From NCBI GenBank assembly GCA_964481465.1, contig CAYZTL010000008.1:78663-142662 (forward strand): DNA of 64,000 bases, given 5' to 3'. The position numbers and the translations under genes were made by a program. Shown here piece by piece: positions 47,600-55,487 of this stretch. How positions within the stretch are numbered: position 1 is the first letter of the stretch; each line of letters starts with the position of its first letter. The notes under the pieces are model-generated. The model was not told the DNA's origin, searched no databases, and saw nothing but the letters and a program-made list of their open reading frames with translations. The stretch comes from an uncultured Anaerolineales bacterium (GTDB lineage: Bacteria > Chloroflexota > Anaerolineae > Anaerolineales > UBA11858).

Positions 47600-48670
47600 A
47601 TGTATACCTATGGAAGGAAGCAAGGTTGTCGAATGTCGTTAGATTATACATATCGCGACATGAGGGTGGCGTTTCTTGAAAATGAATTAATCCAGGTCGG
47701 GATCCTCTTGGATAAGGGAGCAGATGTTTTCACCTTTCAATATAAACCCATGGACCTGGATTTTTTATGGCAATCCCCGATTGAATTAAGGAAACCATTC
47801 GTCTCCACGAGTGCATTACCTGAGGGGGCGTTTCATGATTATTATTATGGGGGATGGCAAGAGGTTTTGCCATCCGCTGGATGGGCTTCAGAACCCTATA
47901 AAGGTACATATCAGGGGCTTCATGGAGAGGTGTCCCTATTACCTTTCGAAACCCAAGTTATGGAAGATAATGAAGAGAGTGTGCGATTAAAAGTCAGGAC
48001 TCGCACTTATCGTTCACCGCTCAACCTGGAGCGCGAGTTGAGAATTGAGAAAGGCAAGCCAGCTCTCTTTATCAAGGAGAGGTTGAAAAACGAATCTCCG
48101 GAGCAATTTGCCATCATGTGGGGACATCACCCAGCTTTTGGACCCCCTTTTCTGGACGATTCCTGTGTGGTAACCACGCCTGCCAAGCAAGTTGAGGTCT
48201 TAGATTTTCACCCCAATGGCCTTTGGGAACCGGGGGGAGATTATGAATTCCCGATGGTGAAGAACAAGAGGACAGGAGAATTGGAAGACATCACTCAAGT
48301 TCGTTCTAAAGACACCTCCTCGGTAGATGTGGTCTTCTTTAAAAACCTGGATGCTGGTTGGTATGGGCTTACCAATCAAGAACGGGAAGTTGGATTTGGT
48401 ATGGCTTGGGATAAAGAATTGTTTAAGTACTTGTGGATGTGGCAGGTTTATGGAGGCCACGATGATTATCCGTGGTATGGAAGGACGTACAACTGTGCCC
48501 TTGAGCCGTTTACCAGTTATCCCCCAGCGGGCATTAAGAACGCCATCGAGAATGGTACTGCATATGTCATGCAAGGTTCGGAGGTTATTGAGACTGAATT
48601 TGTTGCCTTGGCATATGAAGGAAAAGGGGTTAAAGAGATAACCAGGGATGGGTCCGTCTCCACTTCTTAA
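47600..48670 (+). CDS. Aldose-1-epimerase-fold protein (DUF4432-like)
   Basis: General resemblance to galactose-mutarotase-like DUF4432 proteins ('GGWQEVLPSAG', 'GLHGEVS'). This is memory-based. An alternative ATG lies at 47633. Confidence 0.45.
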   Translation: MYTYGRKQGCRMSLDYTYRDMRVAFLENELIQVGILLDKGADVFTFQYKPMDLDFLWQSPIELRKPFVSTSALPEGAFHDYYYGGWQEVLPSAGWASEPYKGTYQGLHGEVSLLPFETQVMEDNEESVRLKVRTRTYRSPLNLERELRIEKGKPALFIKERLKNESPEQFAIMWGHHPAFGPPFLDDSCVVTTPAKQVEVLDFHPNGLWEPGGDYEFPMVKNKRTGELEDITQVRSKDTSSVDVVFFKNLDAGWYGLTNQEREVGFGMAWDKELFKYLWMWQVYGGHDDYPWYGRTYNCALEPFTSYPPAGIKNAIENGTAYVMQGSEVIETEFVALAYEGKGVKEITRDGSVSTS

Positions 48671-49245
48671 CCTTTCATATCTATATGCAGCGGATCAGGG
48701 AGGAGCTCCTCAGGACTGAGGGGCTCCTTTTCTAGGGTGAATGACCAGGCGCAGTAGTATTCATCGGGGTGTGGGTCCGGAGGACAGGAGACCACTTCTG
48801 TGCGGATCCGGTTGTCAACTGTGTGTGCAAAATAGGCGTATTCCGCGATTCCCACAGGCTTGCAGGGGAAGTCTGGCAGGTTCTTCCTTTTCCGGGCCGA
48901 CTGTACGCGGCAGTCGTTCATTTCAAATCGAAGGGTATTTTCATCCACAAAATGGGTAGATTGGGTGTTGATCCGGGCATACATGCGGTACTGCAAAGCT
49001 TTTTCCAGTCCAGCTAAACCCTGATTGGGTTCGATATCATGCAAACGCATGATCCGTTTAGCTTCGATCTGGGTGAAAACGATCCAGGCTTCCCGGTCTA
49101 ATTTTACGGCGGTTTCCATGTCAAAGGCGTTTTCCACAGCTTGGAACCACAATCCATCATGGGCCAGCCAATTTTTCGCCTGATCTCCCAGCATGTCGAT
49201 CAAGGTCTCTTTGTCCAGTTTGCGTAACAACTCGCGATCTGCCAT
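48667..49245 (-). CDS. Conserved hypothetical cytoplasmic protein (possibly DUF6125-like)
   Basis: Clean ORF whose ATG is preceded by GGGAGG. 'WLAHDGLWFQAVE' resembles a DUF family I only half recall. It converges on the previous gene with a 4-nt overlap. Confidence 0.4.
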   Translation of the reverse strand: MADRELLRKLDKETLIDMLGDQAKNWLAHDGLWFQAVENAFDMETAVKLDREAWIVFTQIEAKRIMRLHDIEPNQGLAGLEKALQYRMYARINTQSTHFVDENTLRFEMNDCRVQSARKRKNLPDFPCKPVGIAEYAYFAHTVDNRIRTEVVSCPPDPHPDEYYCAWSFTLEKEPLSPEELLPDPLHIDMKG

Positions 49246-49319
49246 GGAAGCCTCCCTATTCTATTTTCGCCTAAATCCATTACACGGTGATCACAACGGG
49301 CGATGATCTTCGGGGAAAC

Positions 49320-50447
49320 TCAGGTAATGAACGCACCATCTTGGTAGATCAATTCGCCATCCACCTCAATTTCGGAATCCTCCCGCATATCGCAAATCAT
49401 GTCCCAATGGATCATGCTTTTGTTTCCGCTCCCCGTTTGGGGGTAACCTGCGCCCAGCGCCATATGGACGGTTCCCCCGATCTTTTCGTCAAAGAGGATG
49501 TTGCCCGTAAACCGTTGTATTTCGGAGTTCATACCGAGGGCGAATTCACCCAGATAACGTGATCCGGCATCCGAATCCAGCATCTGAATCAAAAATTCCT
49601 CTTTTTCTTCAGCGGACGCTTGAATGACCTTCCCGTCCTCAAAGGTGAGTTCAATCCCTTTGACGACGACTCCGTTATAGATAGCCGGATAGGAAAATCT
49701 CACCCAACCGTTGGCAGACTCTTCCACAGGTCCAGTGAAGATTTCCCCGTCGGGCATATTATGGATCCCGTACGAATTGATGAACGTCCTCCCTTTTACG
49801 GAAAGGGTGAGATCGATGTTTGGTCCACTAAGTTGGATTTGATCCTGATTTTGGAAGAGGTCTTTGGCCCGGGCTTGTTTCTCTTGAACCTGGTTCCAAT
49901 AAACAATGGGATTTTCCTGGTCCGCATGGCAGGCGCGATACACAAAATCCTCATATTCCTCGAGGCTCATCCCGGCTTCTTTTGCGTAGGCTTCGGTTGG
50001 ATACAGCGTGGTTACCCATTTGAATTCTTCTTTTGCCCCCCGATCCATTTGGGTTGAGATGATGGGCGCTTTCGCTTTTTGTCTTTGAGATTGCTTTTGG
50101 GGTGGAAAGTCAGACAGAGCCTGGGTGTTCGTCAAGGAATGAACCCGGATTCTGGCTTCAAATTCCTCATAGGCGAGTTTCTGGAATGCGTTCACAAAAG
50201 CAAGCTGCTGGTCATTCCCATAAGTGAATAATTCCTTATCCTGTTCAGGGATTTCCATGAGCAGGTGAGGATGCCCGCCCTGTTCCAGAATCTTTCTCAA
50301 TAGAGCGCGAACCAAAGGTTCGGCTGCGGTGGTAGCCTCAATGATCACCCGATCTCCGGGGATGATTTTTGTCGAGTGTTCGACGAGGATTTGAGCTAGT
50401 TTCCTGTGCTGGGGATGTATCAAGGTTTCTCCTTTTTTCCGGTTCAT
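49320..50447 (-). CDS. M29-family aminopeptidase (AmpS/PepS/aminopeptidase T-like)
   Basis: 'HNMPDGEIFTGP' and 'GEFALGMN...NILFDEKIGGTVHMALG'. Confidence 0.8.
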   Translation of the reverse strand: MNRKKGETLIHPQHRKLAQILVEHSTKIIPGDRVIIEATTAAEPLVRALLRKILEQGGHPHLLMEIPEQDKELFTYGNDQQLAFVNAFQKLAYEEFEARIRVHSLTNTQALSDFPPQKQSQRQKAKAPIISTQMDRGAKEEFKWVTTLYPTEAYAKEAGMSLEEYEDFVYRACHADQENPIVYWNQVQEKQARAKDLFQNQDQIQLSGPNIDLTLSVKGRTFINSYGIHNMPDGEIFTGPVEESANGWVRFSYPAIYNGVVVKGIELTFEDGKVIQASAEEKEEFLIQMLDSDAGSRYLGEFALGMNSEIQRFTGNILFDEKIGGTVHMALGAGYPQTGSGNKSMIHWDMICDMREDSEIEVDGELIYQDGAFIT

Positions 50448-50598
50448 TTCGATTGATTTTCCGTCCCAATTGTAGCATGATATCCCCTCTTTTCCTATCG
50501 GTGAAAGGTTAGGGATTGGCTTGGCATACCTTTTGCATCCCTTCTGGTTGGTTCCCTATCCGTCTTTTGTGGCCCCTTACCCATCAAGGAGGCCCTTC

Positions 50599-50682
50599 AT
50601 GAAATTTGGGCGCTTTTTAACCGGATTATTTACTTGGTTTCGCGTCTATTTCGTAACTGAAAACGTTTCCCACTTGGCATAG
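50599..50682 (+). CDS. Possible small protein (27 aa, MKFGRFLTGLFTWFRVYFVTENVSHLA)
   Basis: ATG at 50599 with AAGGAGG 6 nt upstream, and a hydrophobic/aromatic peptide. It is below the track's length cutoff and has no homology evidence. Confidence 0.25.
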   Translation: MKFGRFLTGLFTWFRVYFVTENVSHLA

Positions 50683-50714
50683 GAACTGGGCGCGATTATA
50701 ATCGAGATGAACCT

Positions 50715-51620
50715 ATGAAAAAAGAACCTCAGGACTTATCCATATCTGAATTAAGACGGCTTCTGGTTGAGAAGAAGCGTTCTGTTCGACATGAACGCTT
50801 GGAACGATACCGGGAGACAGGACGAATTGTCAAGCTGGTCTCCGAAGAGGAGGAAACTTCCTGGGATGATATCCATACTACCTCCCCGGATGATGAGGGA
50901 GAGGGAAGGAAAGTCGAACCATCCAAAGCAAATGGGAAGCGGGTGGTGGATGGCTTTTTGTTGGCCATTGAAGTGCTGGCTGTGATTGGGCTGATTTTTG
51001 TCCTCTTTAACGGGCTGGAAATCATCCAGGAATTAAATCGAGAAGTAGCTTTGGCCTTGGAGCAACCGACTTTAACGCCGACGCCGTTAATCAAAGCTGT
51101 CGTCCTCCCTTCCGGTCACACCCCACCAAACTCCCTAGGAGGAAGCCGTCCCAATACCGAGGAGATTCCCGAACATCTGCAACCTGTGGTGCAATCTTTT
51201 GCGGAAGTCCCCATTCCCACCCAGGGTCCGGAACAAGCGATCAGGCTCCAGATCCCGGCTCTGGGTAAAGATGTCCCGGTTGTGGAAGGGGACGGATGGG
51301 ACCAGTTGAAGAAAGGGGTCGGACACCATATTGGATCTGCAAATCCGGGGGAAGAGGGGAATGTCGTCCTCTCCGCTCATAATGACATCCACGGGGAAAT
51401 ATTCAGGGATTTGGATAAACTGAAAAAAGGGGATAAAGTGATCCTATTCACAGAGAAGAATGATTATGTGTATGTGGTCACCGGAACGCACATCGTGAAT
51501 CCTACCCAAGTTGAGTTTTTGGAACAAACATCAGAACCCACCGCTACCTTGATTTCTTGTTACCCGTATATGGTGGATAACAAACGGATTGTGGTTCAAG
51601 CGAAGCTGCAGAATGACTGA
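50715..51620 (+). CDS. Sortase family transpeptidase (membrane-anchored)
   Basis: TM 'FLLAIEVLAVIGLIFVLF', catalytic His in 'VVLSAHND', the 'TLISCYP' (TLxTC) cysteine motif, and a C-terminal Arg. Confidence 0.8.
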   Translation: MKKEPQDLSISELRRLLVEKKRSVRHERLERYRETGRIVKLVSEEEETSWDDIHTTSPDDEGEGRKVEPSKANGKRVVDGFLLAIEVLAVIGLIFVLFNGLEIIQELNREVALALEQPTLTPTPLIKAVVLPSGHTPPNSLGGSRPNTEEIPEHLQPVVQSFAEVPIPTQGPEQAIRLQIPALGKDVPVVEGDGWDQLKKGVGHHIGSANPGEEGNVVLSAHNDIHGEIFRDLDKLKKGDKVILFTEKNDYVYVVTGTHIVNPTQVEFLEQTSEPTATLISCYPYMVDNKRIVVQAKLQND

Positions 51621-51690
51621 GAATAGGGAGCGGTATTCCAAGAAAGTTGAATCCAGATCGTAACGGGTTACGTTAAAGAAAATTTTCATT

Positions 51691-52905
51691 ATGACCACAA
51701 CAGAACCTCGTAAATCCCCTCAGTGGGGACCAACCACCAAATTAGTCGTGGGATTGACCTTGGTAGCGATTTCCGCTGCGGTTCTGCTTTACTTTCGTTC
51801 GATCATCTCCTCCCTCGTGTTGGCTTTTATCTTAACGTATTTATTCCATCCCATTGTTGCTTTTTTAAATCGGTCTCTGGGTATGTCTTGGAGGCTGGCA
51901 ACTACGCTTCTGTTTTTGGTCTTGATCCTCTTATTGGGTGGGGTTTTCACTATCATGGGGTTCGCGGTTGCCCAGCAATTACAAAGTTTAGTTCGCTTAT
52001 TGCAGGAGGTGATTGGCAACCTGCCACAAATTGCGTCTGATCTGGAAGAGACCATTCAAGGATACGGCATGTTGGGGGAATTCATTAATCTGAACGATAT
52101 TGCCAACCGACTCATCGACACATTGCAACCTCTCTTAGGGCAAGCAGGGGCAGTAGTGCGCTCAATAGCTACGGGGGCTGCAGTGAGTATAGGGAAGATA
52201 TTTTTCGTAGTGGCCTTATCCTATTTCTTATTGGCAGACGCAAGCAGGGTGCCCAACCTATTACAATTTCCTGAAATTCCAGAATATGACTACGACTTCC
52301 GCCGCTTAGGCAGGGAGTTAAGGCGGATATGGAACGCATTCCTCCGCGGTCAAGTCATCATCTTCGTCTTGGTCTTTATCGTGTACAGCATCCTTTTGTC
52401 TGCTCTTGGCGTGCGGTATGCGATTGCTTTGGCAGTGATGACCGGGTTGGCAAGGTTTGTCCCCTATATCGGCCCTTTTGTTACCGCCATCGTCATGGCC
52501 CTGGTCACCTTTTTGCAACCCAGCAATTATTTTGGATTGGTCCATTGGCAGTACGCCGTGATGGTCTTGGGTATCGCTTTTGTGGTCGATTTCTTCTTCG
52601 ACAATTACATTGCCCCCAGTTTTTTTGGGCGGACGTTAGGCATCCACCCTGCTGCAGTGCTGGTTTTTGCGATTGTCGCCGCAAATTTGTTCGGCATTTT
52701 GGGCTTGTTCCTGGCTGCTCCGGTTGCAGCGACGTTGAAATTATTGGGCAGGTATGTGTTGCGGAAGATGTTCGATCTCGATCCTTGGCCTCAACCGGAA
52801 GAAGAAGAAGCGCATATAGAATACCCGTGGTACCGGTGGGGGAGGAAAGCCTGGGAAGGGATGAGGTCCTTGTGGGGGCGGATCCGCGATCGGCGTAAAA
52901 AATAA
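51691..52905 (+). CDS. AI-2E family (PerM/YdiK-like) transporter
   Basis: Polytopic, about 8 TM segments. It has 'ARFVPYIGPF' and 'IHPAAVLVFAIVAANLFGILGLFLAAPV', typical of the family. Confidence 0.75.
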   Translation: MTTTEPRKSPQWGPTTKLVVGLTLVAISAAVLLYFRSIISSLVLAFILTYLFHPIVAFLNRSLGMSWRLATTLLFLVLILLLGGVFTIMGFAVAQQLQSLVRLLQEVIGNLPQIASDLEETIQGYGMLGEFINLNDIANRLIDTLQPLLGQAGAVVRSIATGAAVSIGKIFFVVALSYFLLADASRVPNLLQFPEIPEYDYDFRRLGRELRRIWNAFLRGQVIIFVLVFIVYSILLSALGVRYAIALAVMTGLARFVPYIGPFVTAIVMALVTFLQPSNYFGLVHWQYAVMVLGIAFVVDFFFDNYIAPSFFGRTLGIHPAAVLVFAIVAANLFGILGLFLAAPVAATLKLLGRYVLRKMFDLDPWPQPEEEEAHIEYPWYRWGRKAWEGMRSLWGRIRDRRKK

Positions 52906-53063
52906 AAAGGGGCTGTCTGAAAAGTCCCATTTTTGCAGACAACCCCCACTCAAAAAATAAATCTTGCTCGATAGAAGTGTTTTTTCCCCCACCTGGAACA
53001 TATAATTTTGATTGATTCTTATCGATTGCCCCCCATTATCATGACTTTTGGGACAGCCCCTTT
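52906..53063. repeat. Pair of 21-nt inverted repeats (19/21 identical) flanking a 116-nt spacer
   Basis: The left arm, 52906-52926, reads AAAGGGGCTGTCtgAAAAGTC. The reverse complement of 53043-53063 reads AAAGGGGCTGTCccAAAAGTC. Confidence 0.6.
52909..52946 (-). terminator. Intrinsic terminator (minus strand, downstream of dnaA). The hairpin starts 4 nt after the AI-2E stop.
   Basis: GGGGCTGTCTG (52909-52919) pairs with CAGACAACCCC (52936-52946) with one C/A mismatch and a 16-nt loop. On the minus strand it is followed directly by TTTTTATTTTTT. Confidence 0.6.
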
Positions 53064-53085
53064 CCGTTGTTATCCTTCCTTTTCA

Positions 53086-54447
53086 TTACACGGGCATCCG
53101 CACCGGCCCGTATAAAGTTTCTTTGATATTCAGCACCTGTCTCCTGAGCTTTTTATCCGTTTCCAGTAAATCACAGATCTTCTCATGGCCGTACATGACG
53201 GTGGTGTGATCTCTGTTTCCCAGCATCTCTCCAATTTGCGGTAAAGATATCTCGGCTTCTTCTCGGAGGATGTACATGGCTACCTGCCGGGGGAGGGCGA
53301 TGTGATGGGATCGGCTTCTGCCGATTAATTCCTCTTTTGTGACCTCAAATTCTTCAGCGGTCGTCTCTATGATTAAATCCGGGTCGACCTCTCTGGTTTG
53401 AGGCATCAAGTCTGCCAGGGCGGAATCTACCAATTCGTTATCCAGAGCCATCCCTCGCAGGTCAGCGTAGGCCATGATCCGCGTCATAGCCCCTTCCAGT
53501 TCCCGGATATTGGTCTGGAAGCGATGGGCGATCTCTTCGATGACATGATCAGGGAGATCATATCCTGCTCTCTCCGCTTTTGACTGCAAGATAGCGATTC
53601 TGGTCTCGAAGTCCGGCGGTTGGATATCTGCGGTCAACCCCCACTCGAAGCGTGATCTCAACCGTTCTTCTAAGGTGACCATGGCTTTGGGTGGCCGGTC
53701 TGAGGTGATCACGATTTGTTTATTCTGCCCGTGAAGGGTATTGAAGGTGTGGAAAAATTCCTCCTGCGTGGATTCCTTGCCAGCGATAAACTGAATGTCA
53801 TCAATCAACAGCACATCAATCCGTCGATATTTCTCACGGAAGGCTTGGGTCGTATGGCTGCGAATGGCGTTGATCAAGTCGTTGGTAAATTCTTCAGAAG
53901 AGACGTAAAGCACTTCAAGCCCATTATCCTCGGCCATATTCCCGATCGCATGCAGCAGGTGGGTTTTTCCTAATCCAACGCCCCCATAGAGGAAAAGAGG
54001 GTTATAGGTTTGGGCCGGTTTTTCGGAGACTGCCAACGAGGCGGCATGAGCCAAACGGTTGCTGGGTCCCACCACAAAATTATCAAATGTGTAACGGCTG
54101 TTGATAGAGTAATTGTCGGATGTCCGCTTGTTGGGTGCAGACGATGCTTGCTCCCGTTCTTCAATGCCCGTCTCCGAGCTGTTCCGATCTTCTTTATCGT
54201 TGCTTTGTGTGACCACAAATTGAACATCAACTTTTTTATCAAGGGTCCCGGTTAATATTTTTACGACGGTCTTTTTCAAACGACTGTCCAACCAATCCCT
54301 GGCGTATGCATTTTGAACACCGATTCGAAATGTGCCATCTGTTACATCAAGTAGTTCTGCATCACGCACCCATGTATCGAAAGCTGCCTTGTGCATTTCC
54401 AACTGAAGTTGGCCGACGGCAGACTGCCAAGCTTGCCTAGCCTCCAT
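53086..54447 (-). CDS. dnaA: Chromosomal replication initiator protein DnaA
   Basis: 'NPLFLYGGVGLGKTHLLHAIG' (Walker A), 'LLIDDIQF', 'RSRFEWGL', and the C-terminal DNA-binding region 'IGEMLGNRDHTTVMYGHEKI'. Confidence 0.95.
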   Translation of the reverse strand: MEARQAWQSAVGQLQLEMHKAAFDTWVRDAELLDVTDGTFRIGVQNAYARDWLDSRLKKTVVKILTGTLDKKVDVQFVVTQSNDKEDRNSSETGIEEREQASSAPNKRTSDNYSINSRYTFDNFVVGPSNRLAHAASLAVSEKPAQTYNPLFLYGGVGLGKTHLLHAIGNMAEDNGLEVLYVSSEEFTNDLINAIRSHTTQAFREKYRRIDVLLIDDIQFIAGKESTQEEFFHTFNTLHGQNKQIVITSDRPPKAMVTLEERLRSRFEWGLTADIQPPDFETRIAILQSKAERAGYDLPDHVIEEIAHRFQTNIRELEGAMTRIMAYADLRGMALDNELVDSALADLMPQTREVDPDLIIETTAEEFEVTKEELIGRSRSHHIALPRQVAMYILREEAEISLPQIGEMLGNRDHTTVMYGHEKICDLLETDKKLRRQVLNIKETLYGPVRMPV

Positions 54448-54977
54448 GGACCCATCTCCTCCACTGCATATATTAGTTTAGAATAATGTTGAATTCTCTG
54501 ATTTCCTCGGACCAGAGACTGTGTCTGAATTTTCTTATCAAATGTCTAGCTATTCGCTCCGTTTTCTTGGGGACACTACAATATAAATTCTAATGGATAA
54601 GGGAAGATTTATTCGGCGCAACCCCTAAAAAATATCAATTCTTTAAGGTTGCCAATCTTAAAGAAAGATGGTGAATCTGGAAATGTGATGTTGATCACTG
54701 CATTCGCCATAAATTGGGAATAACGTTAATCACCCCCCTACATTTTCGGGTAACTCAGCCTTGGGTTGGTAGAATCTTAAAACGAAAAAAAAGGATTACT
54801 TATCATCTGGTGGCTTTATATTACAGCTTTTTGAATCTGGCGAATTTTTTGCTCTCTTTGTTTCCCATTTCCCTTGTAGTTAACCCGATAAACAGGACAG
54901 ATCGGTTTCGTATCCGCGTGATTTCTGGAAAGAAAGAGTGGATGAAAGGGCGTTCTGTCTTATTGAAATAATCGTGA
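54448..54977. other. Candidate oriC / dnaA promoter region
   Basis: About 530 bp of AT-rich non-coding DNA immediately upstream of dnaA. Only degenerate DnaA-box-like 9-mers are present: AATGGATAA at 54592-54600, AGTGGATGA at 54937-54945, TTATCAAAT at 54535 and TTATCATCT at 54800. A-tracts occur at about 54785. Confidence 0.35.
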
Positions 54978-55436
54978 ATGGTTAGCATTGAGGTGAGTTG
55001 GGAGAACTATGTTAAAATTGAGATCATGAGCGATAAAGAATCCACAACGGTGCGGACCATCCTTCCCTTTGCGCTCCTAATGGGGACGTCGGGGTGGGTG
55101 GGGTTGATATACCTGATGACCCAGACGAAGCCAACCCTCAGTCACCGCTGGTTTTTCTTTTGTGCGATCGTCGTTGCGGTCACGGGGACTTCAGCCCCGC
55201 TGGTGGCTTTGCTAAACCGACTCTTCAGCACTCGCACACCGGTGGGTTTTGGGATGGTCGTTCGAGAAGCGTTGTGGATTGGCATTTATTTCGCAGCCTT
55301 GATTTGGTTGAATAAAGGACAAGTCTTGACCCTGAGCCTGGCGGTCGTTCTGGCTGTAGGTTTCATATTGGTGGAAGTCTTGTTGCGCTTGCGATCCAGA
55401 AGTGAGTGGCATCCAGGCAAGTATCCGGATGAGTAA
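54978..55436 (+). CDS. Hypothetical membrane protein (4 predicted TM segments)
   Basis: Hydrophobic segments 'ILPFALLMGTSGWVGLIYLM', 'FFFCAIVVAVTGTSAPLVALL', 'LWIGIYFAALIWL' and 'LSLAVVLAVGFILVEVLL'. The start is uncertain (54978 or 55026). Confidence 0.5.
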   Translation: MVSIEVSWENYVKIEIMSDKESTTVRTILPFALLMGTSGWVGLIYLMTQTKPTLSHRWFFFCAIVVAVTGTSAPLVALLNRLFSTRTPVGFGMVVREALWIGIYFAALIWLNKGQVLTLSLAVVLAVGFILVEVLLRLRSRSEWHPGKYPDE

Positions 55437-55487
55437 ACATGGGTTCAGGTATCCCAGGTTTTTATTTGGCGCTGATAGGGAGTATTC

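Noticed and set aside
54714-54971. An 85-aa ORF in the dnaA upstream region.
   Set aside because: It starts at a non-ATG codon with no RBS, is AT-rich and low-complexity, and sits in the candidate origin or promoter region.
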